Shown here piece after piece: positions 1-11,601 of a stretch of DNA of 20,024 bases. Each line of letters begins with the position of its first letter. Within the stretch, counting starts at the first letter, position 1. The translations under genes and the position numbers were made by a program. Below the pieces are notes generated by a model that worked only from the letters and a program-made list of their open reading frames with translations, was not told where the DNA came from and made no database searches. Source of the stretch: Cladosporium halotolerans (taxonomy: Eukaryota); the NCBI RefSeq assembly GCF_011745625.1, contig NW_027191460.1, forward strand, positions 744,001 through 764,024, written 5' to 3'.

Positions 1-534
1 CTGCATTAAGAGAGGCCTGTCGAGGTCGAGGAACTTGTGCTTCTTGTAATCCGCCTTCGTGTCCGTCTCCTTGCTCAAATCCTCCTCGTTGCTCATGCCT
101 GTGCTCTCATACACAGGCCTCCCCTCCTCGTCCTGCCCAACCTCGACCTTTGCCCTCGCCTTAACGTCGCTGTCTTTGCCCAGGCGCTCGAGCTCCTTCA
201 AGCCCTTCTGGTTCGGCTCCATGGGGACGATGGAGAACGGATCTGTGCTCTCCTTGACGCCATCCATCACCTCCTCGGTGGCTACAAAGCCGATTAAATG
301 GTCGTCCAGGATCTCCCATGCGCTCTCGCTGTGCGCGTGCGACACCTCGTCTTCCATGATCTCCTTAACATCCTTGCCAGCATACTCGAGGACGAGGTCC
401 GCGCCGCCAGGGTGGTCGTCCAGAAAGGGTGTGATGTCGTAGACCTTCGTGCCAACAGTCACGTAGCAGGACTTAGCGGTGTTGTGCGAGGCCACCTCAG
501 CCGTGGGAAGGGTTGGGAGGGTTCTGCCTGGCAT
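1..534 (-). CDS. SCS7: Sphingolipid/ceramide fatty-acid alpha-hydroxylase with N-terminal cytochrome b5 domain (5' part; runs off the left edge)
   Basis: ATG at 534 (minus), open frame to position 1: MPGRTLPTLPTAEVASHNTAKSCYVTVGTKVYDITPFLDDHPGGADLVLEYAGKDV...HAHSESAWEILDDHLIG...DYKKHKFLDLDRPLLMQ. It has the cytochrome b5 HPGG heme motif, followed by the KFLDL.(R/K)PLL.Q segment typical of Scs7/FA2H. It is absent from the ORF track because there is no stop in the window. Confidence 0.92.
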   Translation of the reverse strand, partial: MPGRTLPTLPTAEVASHNTAKSCYVTVGTKVYDITPFLDDHPGGADLVLEYAGKDVKEIMEDEVSHAHSESAWEILDDHLIGFVATEEVMDGVKESTDPFSIVPMEPNQKGLKELERLGKDSDVKARAKVEVGQDEEGRPVYESTGMSNEEDLSKETDTKADYKKHKFLDLDRPLLMQ

Positions 535-1207
535 TGTCGCGTACAAGGAGGGGCTGCGGGCGGTACTAGTTGCGGGATGATGCGAATCGATCAGGCGACT
601 GACTAGTCCGCGGAGAGTGTTAGGCAGTACAACACAGGATGGCGAGCGACAGGGAGCGTGCAGAGCGCAAAAAAGGAGTGAAGGTGCGAGTGGAAGAGCA
701 GGCAACGTCCAATCTCGGCGTTCAGCGGATCAGTTTTGGGTGGCGAGACTTTCTGGCGGATCATCAAACATCAAACCACGCCGGCGCGCCCCTTCTTTCT
801 CAGGGTTCTCGGAGCCGCCCGCCACCACTTGGCGATCGATCTGCTCCGCTCATGTCCGTAGGTCCGTCTTTTTCATCTCCACCGCAACCTGTACTGTAGA
901 CAGACATCGTAGAATTCATTCATTAACCGCCAAGCTTCACAACCTGAAGGTTTGTGCCGTCGTACATCCAATGGCTTTCACAGCCAGAGTCTATTTATAT
1001 AAGCCATCGAGGAAAGTGGCGTAAGCCTGACTAAGGCAAAGAGGCCTCTTCGCGCCTACAACAGTATCTCGAAATTTTATTGAGAGCACGATAATACTAT
1101 CACCTCTGGATCTCTGAAAATGATCTTCAGTCGGCCATTAGTTGCCACAAATGTTCACCTAGATGATGAATCACCGCGGACATCCTGGAGTTCCAGTTCT
1201 ATGTGTT

Positions 1208-3258
1208 CTACAAAAATCCACTTTCATCATTCTTCGCCTTTTCGCACGTGAAAGCTTCGATCTTGACAGCCTGGAGATACAGCTCAGTTGTAGCTTCGCC
1301 ATTGCCGCCCGTGGTTCCCGTTCTCAGCCTCCACTGACTTCTTTTCAGGGTCCACTCTCGATCAGGCCCCAGACAGCCCATAGCGACGTCCTTCTTCCTC
1401 AGACTGTCGCAGATATCTTCGACTCCTTGAAAAAGCCCAGTGGTGCTTCTTGATCCATCAATCACTACGCTAGCCTCAGGAATCACAGACACCGGCAATT
1501 GGTTGTTCCTGTCCAACCAAAGCACGTCGTTGTCGAGGGATAAGTCCAGTCTGCTCCTGATCGCATCGATCAATTCTGTAATCCTCGCCAGCGTCCGTCC
1601 GAAGAATTGGATCTTTCCTTTCGTCCCGTCATGACCTGGTATTCGCGACGCTGGCCGTAACACCGCACCGTCTTCCTCGCGAATTTCCAAAACCAACACA
1701 TGGGCCTCCTCGTCCACGTATGGCCGTGAGTAGTACACCTGCCCAAGCGCCCCCGATTCGCCGTCAGATATGACGTCCCCGGGATTGTCGATTTCGTCCC
1801 CGACGAACGAAACGCCGGACTGCCGAACGTCTTCCAGCCGTAAGCGTATCTCCGACCTTTGCCTGATAGCGTCGTAGCTGATTCGATGCGGGATCAAAGT
1901 CTGCTCAAGCCCTTTCAGGTGGTAGTATCTAGCGTCTCGTAGCAGGGCTGCCCGATGCTCGTCGTTCCTCACCTCTAGCGTATATCCTTTGAGCGCATGC
2001 AGCAGGTCGGCGAAGATTTCAGCAGAGCGATTAGGCACGCTAGGTGGGAGAATGGAAGGCGGACGGAGTAGAGAGCGCTGAGTCAGACCGGGAAAGACAT
2101 CTGAAGGACTCGTGAAGAAGATCTGAAACCCTAGTGTGAAGTAGTTCGGCGAGTTCCCAGGACCAGAAAAGAGGTCTCGGGGAATTTGGAAGGGTGTTGA
2201 GCCGATTGTTATGTAGATTGGGGAAGAGAAGAGTTGGGATGTCAGGCGGGGGACTAGAGCGGAAATTAGCCCATACTTCGCCTTAGGAAGTGCACGCGCA
2301 AAGTGTGCCTTACGACTGAAAAATTGCGCGTCCGCGAAGAGCTTGACGAAGTGAGCTCCGTCTCGCGGCTCGATGTGGTAGCCCTGGAGGTGCAGGGAGA
2401 TGTCTTCGAACGTCGAAGGGTCGCGATCGATGTATAACGTCCGCACACTATCGGCATTCTCGTCTTGCTTGAGTTGCTTCTCGAAGAATTGCGAAAAGTA
2501 GGACGGTGCTATAGACGTCTTAGCTGCGTTTCTGTAAGGTGGTGGCTGAAAAGGCCTGTGAGTATACCATCTGACGATATCGACGCCCCCGACAACCTGA
2601 AAAGCTTGTCGCCGATCTGTATTGGAAACACTTTGCGTGCGGGAAGTGGCAATGGCGAAGACGACTCGAATGGTAACGCTCGACCGTCAATTGAGTTGCG
2701 CTGTGTCTTGTCTTCGGCAGCGCCAGGTCGGGACGAAAGCAAATCTTCGCCCATGTCAAGACTTGGCCGCTTTTTCCTAGTCGGGCTCGCGTCTCCTAGA
2801 TCAGTTGAGGCTCTGCGCTTCAAATTACTAGCTAGCACAGATGCTAGGGGTGTAGGCACCAAGCCAGCGGTGCCCACGCGATCCGGGATGCTGAACTCTG
2901 TCAATTTACTCTGTTTGCTTGTTTCATCCAGCAGCTCGCCCTGAAGCTCGTATTGATCAGAGAACCCAGCAACGTTCGCTGAAAGACCTGGAGCCTCCCA
3001 ATCCCACACAACAGCGTCGCTTGGGACTCTGCCACCAGCGTGCAGGCTTGAGTTGAAGCTCGAGCTATCTCGCGACAACGAGCGGTTGTTGCTGCTTCCG
3101 TGCAACGATGTTCTCCTCGTCCTTTCAGACCGCCGATGGAATTCGACTTTCTGTTTGATGGGCTCGGGGGACTCAATCTGTGCTGCCCCGAGCCGGTCTT
3201 TAACGGCTGCTTCTACATCTCCATCGCCCTGTCCGGCGCCACTCTCAGACTCCCGCAT
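1208..3258 (-). CDS. BTB/POZ (K+ channel tetramerisation-type) domain protein, yeast YLR108C/YDR132C-like, ~643 aa
   Basis: Exons 3258-2568, 2508-2314 and 2253-1208. Introns 2567-2509 (GTATAC..CTAAG..TAG) and 2313-2254 (GTAAGG..GCTAAT..TAG). The spliced protein reads VFPIQIGDKLFRLSGASISSDAPSYFSQFFEEQL..RTLYIDRDPSTFEDISLHLQGY..FADAQFFSLPRL, followed by a second BTB-like unit (IYITIGSTPFQIPRDLF..NYF..RSAEIFADLLHALKGY..DARYYHLKGL). The start is uncertain (in-frame ATGs at 3258, 3288, 3330). Confidence 0.85.
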
Positions 3259-3736
3259 GACAGATGGGTGGTTCGGATTTCTTAGCATGCGTAAGCCGGT
3301 GCAAGACCGTGTGAAGTGCTTCCATAGCATAGAATAGGCGTTGCTGACGGCGTAGTGGGCTGAAGAGATGTGATTATTGATAATTCGCTAAAAGCGGTTA
3401 GCTGCTGGCTAGAACTGGGGCATTTGCTGACCTGACTGATTGTACGAATGCAGTGCCACCCGCAGATCACTCTGATTGGGCTGTTATTGTGAGATAAATG
3501 ACGGATGAGTCTGCTAAATTGCAATGAAAACTAATTAGTGAGCGATGTCGAACATGGCTACGAAGTCTTTCAATGTGATAAAGAACTGTTTGAATGATCA
3601 CTGGAAGCGCAAGCATTTGATGGATTCATACATGGTCATGTATTTGCCGCATTAATAGCGTATCGTTGTACGCACGACGGCTTATCGCAATGCATTGCGG
3701 CCATCGAGTGAGTTAGAAGGCTTGTGTTCTCACACA

Positions 3737-4522
3737 TCAACTCTGAGGCTCAACAGGGGTGACCTTTTTCACCACTCTGGCAGGCATGCCCATTGCGACG
3801 CTCCAAGCGGGAATGTCCTTGGTGACGACAGCACCGGCAGCAATGGTGCAACCCTGCCCGATCGTCACCCCGGGCAGAATGACTACATGGCCACCAATCC
3901 AGCAGTCATCGCCGATGACGACCGGCTTTGCGTACTCGATGTTTTCGCGTCGGCTTTGGACTTCAGTCTCGTGTGTGGCTGCCATGATCGACACGTTCGG
4001 ACCAAACATTACTGTCTTGCCGATCTTTACAATACCACAGTCGAGGATCGTCAGGTTGAAGTTTGCGTAGAATCTGCCGCAGACTCTTGGTCAGTGATAT
4101 TCTGCGCTATAACAAAATCATTCGTGCCCTCACCTGTCTCCGACGCTGACGTTGCAGCCGTAGTCTACCCGGAACGGCGGCTCCACGAACACATCTTCTC
4201 CCACGTGGCCCAATATTTCCTGCAGCTTTTTATGGCGGTCGGCCGCGACGGTCTCGAATGTTGCCTGGGGGTCTTCCGGAAAGACGGTGTTGTACTCGTG
4301 GCACCAGCGGCGGGCCTTGAAACGAACGCTTGAGAGCTCGGGAACGAAGGAGTCATAGCTGTGAACGCCAACGAGTCAGCGCTGCGGCGATTCTGACAGC
4401 TATTCTTTGCTTGGTACCTACAGCATGCCCGAGATCATTCTCTCGTATTGCTCGCCGGTCGGGGTGTGGTTGAGCGTACGGGCCAAAGCCAGCTGCTCGG
4501 GGTCCTTTTGCTGGGCCGCCAT
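3737..4522 (-). CDS. Maltose/galactoside O-acetyltransferase (trimeric LpxA-like left-handed beta-helix), ~220 aa
   Basis: Exons 4522-4422, 4358-4134 and 4073-3737. Introns 4421-4359 (GTAGGT..GCTGAC..CAG) and 4133-4074 (GTGAGG..ACTGAC..CAG). Protein: MAAQQKDPEQLALAR..YERMISGMLYDSFVPEL..VEPPFRVDYGCNVSVGDRFYANFNLTILDC..IGKTVMFGPNVSI..IGDDCWIGGHVVILPGVTIGQGCTIAAGAVVTKDIP..GMPARV, showing the hexapeptide repeats. Confidence 0.93.
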
Positions 4523-5431
4523 GTTCTCCAAATCGACGTCCTTCTCTTCTCTTACGATTGCTGTTTGACCTTCCTTGTAACCCGGACGAATTCGTCCTAA
4601 ATGTGAAGGACACTCCGAAGTGTGGTGTGCAAGTGTTCAGCCCGGACGCTCTGGTCAACGAGGATGTGATCTCTGGGTTAGTCTAGTCTGGGGCAGGAGG
4701 AGGGAGGTGGACGAGAAGAATGCGCGAAAGAAATTGTGTGTACTCTTTACCTCTTATAAGAGCAGTCAACGTGGCCGCAAGGTAGGAGTTGAACTCGAAT
4801 GGGAAGTGTATGCGCCTGGTGGTGTAGACACGACTTGGCGATCGGTGTTTGGCTTTCGGGCTTTGTCTCTTCTTGGAGAAGCCGCGATGTGCCTGAGGTC
4901 GCAACTCTCTTCTTGTTGCATTTGGCGGGAAGTGTTCCTTTTGGAATCACCATGCTTTGCTCAAAGTCATACTATTGCTTCAAGTCGCAGCTGGAGTCAC
5001 TCGAAGACAAATATACTTGCCGGCCACTGTGTGACATGGCAATTCCAACAGCACCGGCTTCCACTTCACCAGGCTGCATGGTGCTCGTGCTCCCGTCGTC
5101 GGCTTTGGTGTACATCTTCGATCAGACGAGCGGGTCACTACGTGACGGATACTCACCTCAAATGGATGGGTAGGACAGTTGTATTGGAATTGTTGTACGC
5201 CTGACACCGACTCCTCGGACGGCGTGCATTTGATCCCCTGATACGACATGTCGTACAAATCAGGATCCTCCCCGCCGAGGGCAAGCCAAGAACGACTTCT
5301 CCATCTATAACATTGGCGCTCTAGCTTCAATGGGAAGGTTACATCTTCCGTACAAGGCAATGAACGTGCAAGAAGCGCTTTCTGGCGATAACAGAGAAAG
5401 CACAAGAGCTCGCTTCGCCCTTGCTTTGTGA

Positions 5432-5439
5432 TATATAAA
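5432..5439 (+). promoter_or_regulatory. TATA box of the dipeptidyl peptidase gene
   Basis: TATATAAA lies about 65 nt upstream of the ATG at 5504. Confidence 0.6.
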
Positions 5440-5503
5440 CACTGGGTGCGCCCCGACAGTCCTGTGAGTTCGGCGAGCTCAGAGAGCCCCTCTCCTCGTG
5501 AAC

Positions 5504-7879
5504 ATGACCGCCATTTCGCTAGCCTGTGCGGCTTCATTATTGATTGGGAGCTCAACCGCCATTGATCCTCCTCGCAGACCAGTAGCACCCACTGGCGCTG
5601 GCAATGAGTCTCTCACCTTCAACAACACCGTCGTGAGCCCTCAGTTCCGGGCGTCCACGCTCTCAGTCGATTGGCTGCCCGACGAAGAAGATGGTCTGGT
5701 GGTCTATCAAGCAGACGATGGAGCTCTGATCTTCGAGAACTACGCAACGGGCGAGAATGACACTTTCGTGGCCGCCGACCTCATCCCCGAAGATGTATAC
5801 GAGTACTGGATTCGGTCTGATCAGGAGAAGGTTCTGTTCTCCACGAACTACACTCAAAATTACAGACACTCATACTGGTCAAACTATATCGTCTTGGATG
5901 TCGCATCTGGCGAGCAGACACCACTCGTCGACGATCAGAACGGCGACATTCAATACGCGCAGTTTGCGCCCACGGGCGACCTCATCGCCTTCGTGAGGGC
6001 CAACAACCTCTACATAAAAGACGTAGCGACTGGCGAGATCTCTCAAATCACTAACGATGGTGGCGAAGACATGTTCCACGGTGTTCCGGACTGGGTTTAT
6101 GAAGAGGAAATCTTCGGTGATCGCTACACACTGTGGTTCTCACCCGACGCGCGTTTCTTGAGCTTCCTTAGCTTCAATGAGACTGGCGTTGGCACTTTCA
6201 CTGTGCAGTATTTCATGAACGACTCCGACATTGCGCCCGAGTACAGCCAGAATCTGGACATCCGATACCCGAAGGTGGGCACCACGAACCCAACCGTGTC
6301 ACTCACTCTGCTGGACTTGGAGTCTATGGATCTCTCTCCCGTATCTGCTGACGCCTTTCCCCCCGAGGAATTGATCATTGGCGAGGTGGCCTGGGTCACC
6401 GATACGCACGAAAGTCTAATCTACCGTGCCTATAACCGCGTGCAGACTCAGGAGAAGCTTGTGACTGTGTCTGTGCCATCTGCTTCGACTACTGTACACC
6501 GTGAGCGTGACGGCAGTGACGGCTGGCTGGAGAACCTTCTTAACATTCAGTACGTCGGTCAAGTGCGTGGTAACAGCACGTATTCTGGCTCGAACACCAC
6601 TTACTATCTCGACCTATCCGATGCTTCTGGCTGGGCTCACATTTACCTCTTCCCCGTCAACGGTCCCGCTTCCAACAACATCACGCTTACCAGCGGTGAG
6701 TGGGAAGTACGTTCAATTCTTTCTATCGATACCCAGCGCCAACTGGTCTACTACACCTCCACTGAGCGCCACAGCACCGAAAGCCATCTTTACAGCGTAT
6801 CTTTTGCCACGCTCGCGAAGAAGGCATTGGTCGATGATTCCGAAGCAGGCTGGTGGTCAGCATCTTTCTCCTCCAACAATGGCTACTATCTGCTGAATTA
6901 CGGCGGTCCGGATGTCCCATACCAGGAGCTTTATGCTGTCAACAGCAGTACTCCTATCTCCACCGTCACCTCCAACCAGGCGCTTGTGGACAGGATCCAG
7001 AACTACAACCTTCCAAACACAACATGGACACAGATCGGCCCGGTCCCAGACACCGAATACATGCTGAACGTCAAAGTCACCTATCCCCCGAACTTTGATC
7101 CCTCCAAAAAATACCCCGTAATCTTCACACCTTATGGTGGACCGAACTCACAGCGCGTGACTAAAGCCTACACAACTCCCAACTGGAACATCTATGTGGC
7201 CGCCGAGCCGGAGCTTCAATACATACTGTACACGATCGACAACCGCGGCGGCGCTTACCAAGGCCGCGAGTTCCGCGCCACCGTCACCGAACAGCTCGGC
7301 ATTCTGGAAGCCAAAGATCAGATCTGGGCCGCCGACTACCTCATCTCTCAGCATGACTACATTGACGCCGATCACGTCGCCCTTTGGGGCTGGTCTTTCG
7401 GCGGGTTTCTCACCGCTAAAGTTCTTGAAACCCAAGGCTCCGACGCCGGACCTTTCACGCTTGGCCTTATCACCGCCCCGGTCACTGACTGGCGCTTCTA
7501 CGACTCCATGTATACCGAGCGCTACATGCGTACGCCCGCCACCAACGCCGAGGGGTACGAAGCAACCGCCATCCGCGATACGACCGGCTTCAAGACCGTC
7601 TCCGGTGGCTTCTCGATCCAGCACGGCCTCGGCGATGACAATGTGCACTACCAGCACACCGCGGCACTGGTCGATCTTCTTGTGGGTGATGGTGTTACGC
7701 CAGAGAAGATGGACTGGAGGGTTTACACGGATTCGGACCATAGTATTGCATACAATGGAGCCAACGTCCATTTGTATAAGTACTTGAGTAAGAAGCTTTA
7801 TGATGAGAAGAACAGGGAGGCGGGGCTTGTGGAGCAGCACGGATGGAGTAAGAGGGGCTTGGTTGATTTCAAAGTGTGA
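5504..7879 (+). CDS. dpp4: Secreted dipeptidyl peptidase IV (peptidase S9B), 791 aa, intronless
   Basis: N-terminal signal peptide (MTAISLACAASLLIGSSTA), DWVYEEE motif, YPKVG, YGGP, nucleophile motif GWSFGG, APVTDWRFYDSMYTERYM, catalytic Asp in DDNVH and His in DSDH. The first ATG is at 5504; the ORF track starts at a GTG. Confidence 0.95.
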   Translation: MTAISLACAASLLIGSSTAIDPPRRPVAPTGAGNESLTFNNTVVSPQFRASTLSVDWLPDEEDGLVVYQADDGALIFENYATGENDTFVAADLIPEDVYEYWIRSDQEKVLFSTNYTQNYRHSYWSNYIVLDVASGEQTPLVDDQNGDIQYAQFAPTGDLIAFVRANNLYIKDVATGEISQITNDGGEDMFHGVPDWVYEEEIFGDRYTLWFSPDARFLSFLSFNETGVGTFTVQYFMNDSDIAPEYSQNLDIRYPKVGTTNPTVSLTLLDLESMDLSPVSADAFPPEELIIGEVAWVTDTHESLIYRAYNRVQTQEKLVTVSVPSASTTVHRERDGSDGWLENLLNIQYVGQVRGNSTYSGSNTTYYLDLSDASGWAHIYLFPVNGPASNNITLTSGEWEVRSILSIDTQRQLVYYTSTERHSTESHLYSVSFATLAKKALVDDSEAGWWSASFSSNNGYYLLNYGGPDVPYQELYAVNSSTPISTVTSNQALVDRIQNYNLPNTTWTQIGPVPDTEYMLNVKVTYPPNFDPSKKYPVIFTPYGGPNSQRVTKAYTTPNWNIYVAAEPELQYILYTIDNRGGAYQGREFRATVTEQLGILEAKDQIWAADYLISQHDYIDADHVALWGWSFGGFLTAKVLETQGSDAGPFTLGLITAPVTDWRFYDSMYTERYMRTPATNAEGYEATAIRDTTGFKTVSGGFSIQHGLGDDNVHYQHTAALVDLLVGDGVTPEKMDWRVYTDSDHSIAYNGANVHLYKYLSKKLYDEKNREAGLVEQHGWSKRGLVDFKV

Positions 7880-8049
7880 GAAATTTTAAGTCACCGTCTA
7901 GGGCTCCCTGTCTGCGCCCCAAAAATTGACATCAATTTCCTTCACTTCTCATGTCTTAACATGGAAAACAAGAACGGTTCCAAACAACGAATCATCATCA
8001 TTATGTTCATATTCACAAAGACGGTGAAACGCCTTTTACATCAGGGCGC

Positions 8050-11010
8050 TCACGACCAAACCAACTTCTTCAACGAATATCCCAAGCTCTCCACATACCC
8101 CGTCGCTTTCCTCGCTTCACTCACCCCGATGACGTCTCTCTCTTCGACAGCAGGAGCCTTGTCCAGCTCAAGATGATCCATCTGCCTTGACTTCACAAGA
8201 GCTTTGTGCAGCTCGTCGGTGATATGCTTCACCGAATCCATCTCGCTCATGGTATTCTTCTCCTGTGAATCGCGCCTCGATGCCGATGATTTCGGTGGCA
8301 GCGCTTTGAATGCGAGTAGCCGACTCTCGTCCTTGACCGGCTCGGCCTGCTTTTCGAGCTCGCTCCTGCCGGCATTCTCGTCTGCCGCTGCGTGCTCGTT
8401 TTGCAAGGAACGGGTGTTCGTCCGTACCATAGCATGCCCGTTCGTCTTGTAGCGTAGAGCAAAGCCCACGTTCTTCTCACTGTTGGTGTGCGCCGGTCCC
8501 AACGTGCTTGTGATATATGCTCCACGCCAGATCTCTGAAAGATCGGTGAGGTCGATGCGCTCAAATGAACCGACTTTCTCCGTAGCCCAGTCGAAGCGGC
8601 AGAAGTACAGCGCGGACGAGGACAGCAGCAGCACGCACTCTTCAAACGGCAGACTGCGCAGCGTGTTCGCTTCGCGTGGACAGCTCAGTGTCCATCCGCC
8701 GAGCAGGTCTTCGGCGGGGTCGGAGAGCACTATCTTCATGCACGTGTCGATTGCGTTCTGCCGCACCCGCCGCATGTCCAGCGCGTAGTCCTGCGTCATC
8801 ATATCGGTTTCGAACTCATCGAAGACGCTCGGCCCCGCATGTCCCAGGTAGTAATCGATACAGGTCTGCAGGAAGTAGTCGCCGAAGATGTTGTTGTAGT
8901 AGCGGTTGAGGGTCAGGCTGAAGTCTGACAGGGCGCCGGCCCAGTTGCGCTTACGCGTGCGAGTGAAGTCGCCTTTCAGTGCAGCGGTTCCGGCGTATTG
9001 TTTGCTGATGGCGTCGCCGTTATCGGCCCAGAGGTTGTTAAACCAAAAGGTTTTTGGGTCAGACTGCAGATCGAGCGACACGCCTTCTTCGGCAAGCTGC
9101 CGCTGCAAAGCCCAGCCTGCCACAGATGATTGAGTCACGTTGGTACGATCCAAGCAGTCCATGCAGTTGGTCCTGAGCACGCCAGTCTGGGTTCGTTCGT
9201 TTTGCTCATTTTGGCGCACAGTCCAGCCGTGAGAACGAAGGGAGTCTTCGAGCGTGTTCAGAAGAATTGAGACGTTCTCGAACCGCATACCGCCGCATTC
9301 TTTATGGAAGTAGAACCATTCAAAGCCGACCCTTGGGCCAGTTGAGTTGTCGTTCATCCACTTCATGGTGTCCTCATAGGCTTGCCCGATCGACCTCTCT
9401 GTGGCTGACTTGTCTACTAAGCTGGTCGCGTACACATTTCCATAGCGAGCCGCAACCTTGTCGAAATGTCTCTTGAACGCATTTTGGTTGGTTATCTCGG
9501 AACCGAACATCACAGGTATTGGCTTGAAGGAGTATGGTGTTTGCGAGAAGAAGAGCGGGATGGAACCTCTGAGCTGGACAAGAGAGTAGGTCTTCTTTTT
9601 AGGGTTCCAGTCCTGCGGCGAGAAGAGTTGCTCTGTTTCGACGTAGTTTGCAACATTACCTTCGTCGTCTACGCCACGGCGGAGATATCTCAAACCTGCC
9701 CGCTTTACGGAGCGTCTGGAAATAAGTGTCAAGAAGTAATCCTTCGTAGCGGCCTTGTCGTGTATCTCTTTAGTCGGGCTCATGTCTTGCATGGGGATGT
9801 CTGATGCATCCACCACGGCGTCACTCTCACCCTGGTCCGTCTGCGCAATGGAGAATGCCCGTTGTCCAACAAAGCCTTGAAGTAGCGGAAGCACGAAATT
9901 GTGATGCCCGGCATCGATGAATGGTGTCAGCAGGCTGCGGTTCCAGAAGAACTGTGGGTCAAAACGTCTCCAAAGAGGTGACGAGGAACTGGTGCTCGCT
10001 TGCAGGCGAGTTGAGAGGTCATAATCGTACGAGAAAAAGAAACCGCTGGAGCTGAAGTAGAGCCTCGCGGTGCGAAGGATGCGTGGTGTCAAGTTTTCGA
10101 TGTTGCTGGTCGGCTTGGAAGGCTGCTCTTGACTTTGTGCATTTTCTCCTGTCTCCATTGCCTGGTTTTCAGTGACTTCCACCGGCTTCTGTTCGCTCTC
10201 GGAGTTTTGCACAACATCAGGAGTCGCTTCGGTCTCCGGCAGAGCTTTGTCGGCCTCTTTAACTTGTTCTGCCGTAAGGTTCTCTTCACTCATCCCTTGC
10301 GTCTTCCTATTCTTCGAAGCCCAGCCGCCTTTAGAGAACCATCGCTCTGCGAACCGGCCGTACTTTCCCTTGTCCTGAACTACATCCTTGACGAAAGTCG
10401 TGCTCTTCTGAAGTACCGTGCTTTCGGGAGCATTCAGTGCCTCAGCAGTCTCAGCCGACGGCTCATCATTGACGCTCTCGGTGTCGGCGTCGTCTTCGAT
10501 ATCGCTCTCTTCGGTATCATCGTTTGCAACCTTCTTGCCCTGGTTCAAAGCTCTTCCCGCACTGACAATAGCTTCCTCGGCTTCAGACTGCGAGCTCAGC
10601 GGGATGAGCGTAACATCCTTGATCGAATAGACGGGTTTGCCTCGGATTTGTGCGACTTGCTCTCGCTGTGTAATGGAGATCAAGTACTTCGTTGCGACTA
10701 GGTCAAGGAGTCCTGGCAGGTTGTCAGATCTGCTGTCTCGTTGGTGGTAGTTTGCCAACATCTACCGACAACGCCGTGTGCCTCGATCGAGCGGCCTTTG
10801 CTCTCGTCATCGACCCTGTCGGGCGACGGCGTGATCTGGCTGCTGCCATATGCCAGACGGATGGCACTGGACTCTGGCGCCCGGTCTTTGGCTGAGATGG
10901 GCTGGAGCAGTAGCCCTTCCGCAGCGGCGCATCTGGTAGGCGTGTTAGCGACTGGAGGCGGGACTTGGCTCGTCGACTCACATCAGCAGCTTCCTAACAA
11001 TAGCGGGCAT
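8050..11010 (-). CDS. Sac-domain phosphoinositide phosphatase with C-terminal hSac2-like domain (Sac2/INPP5F-like), ~952 aa
   Basis: Exons 11010-10982 (MPAIVRKLLI), 10932-10766 (CAAAEGLLLQP..IEAHGVVG) and 10712-8050. Introns 10981-10933 (GTGAGT..GCTAAC..CAG) and 10765-10713 (GTAGAT..TCTGAC..CAG). Motifs: FFFSYDYDL, FFWN, LISRRS..RAGLRYLRRG..GNVANYVETEQ, RGSIPLFFSQ, catalytic RTNCMDCLDRTN (CX5R), W.DNGDAISKQYAGT.ALK.DFTRT. Confidence 0.92.
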
Positions 11011-11601
11011 TTTGACGCGCGCGCCAAAACAGTCGTCGGCGTGGGATGCGCTGCCCGTGCGGCATGATGAAGGAGCATTTCCAGGATCATGAATCGGACA
11101 ACAGCGGTGACATCAGCGGGGTGGCAGCAGGTCGGCGCGCATGATTTTGTGCCAGCGGCGCGTCGGGAGCAACACCATCCGCCAAACCCGGTCACGCCGG
11201 TCTGTAGCCACCCAAACTCTACGAGCTCGATCGTGCTCTGCTCCACTGAGGATAGGCACATGTAGAGCGTTTTGCTGCTTGACATTCCACCATGCCGTTG
11301 ACACTAATGCGGCACCAGAGGAGACGGTTTCCCAGAGCCTCGCCAACCAAGGGGCCAACTCCACCAGGAGGCCTCATTCACAACGCACTAAAGCGCATAT
11401 CACGGGCCTCTGTTGAGGCCAGCTTGGGAACATAATAATGGTGCATCGCTAGCTTTCCTGCCTCCCCAACCGAGGTAATAAGTTTTAACCTCCCTGTCAC
11501 TCACTTCGGATCAAGCCAATCTAGTCGACACTCGAGTACCCTCTGCTTTTTGCGTTTCAAGACCACCCTTTCCCTGAACCATTTACTCCGCTGGTCTTTC
11601 A

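Noticed and set aside
37..606. Plus-strand ORFs of 86-127 aa
   Set aside because: Antisense shadows of the minus-strand SCS7 coding sequence.
3695..4333. 212-aa plus-strand ORF
   Set aside because: Antisense to the acetyltransferase and crosses its intron; no family features.
5285..5392. Single PacC-like (GCCAAG) and GATA-like (CGATAA) hexamers upstream of dpp4
   Set aside because: Biologically plausible, but isolated 6-mers are expected by chance.
4620..5588. Several 120-200 aa ORFs in the acetyltransferase/dpp4 divergent intergenic region
   Set aside because: Overlapping, mostly non-ATG starts, random-looking Cys/Trp/Ser-rich composition and no recognisable domain. A small gene cannot be fully excluded.
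7387..7404. GWSFGG instead of the GWSYGG nucleophile motif in DPP4
   Set aside because: A conservative variant seen among fungal S9B peptidases; the catalytic triad is intact.
7148..7840. 230-aa antisense ORF and 197-aa alternate-frame ORF within dpp4
   Set aside because: Explained by strong C-ending codon bias depleting stops; no motifs.
10090..10560. Long acidic low-complexity insertion in the N-terminal Sac domain
   Set aside because: In frame, no intron signals or repeat structure; appears to be an ordinary disordered loop.
11405..11420. Short inverted repeat GGCCTC-tgtt-GAGGCC
   Set aside because: A 6-bp stem is within chance expectation for 20 kb.
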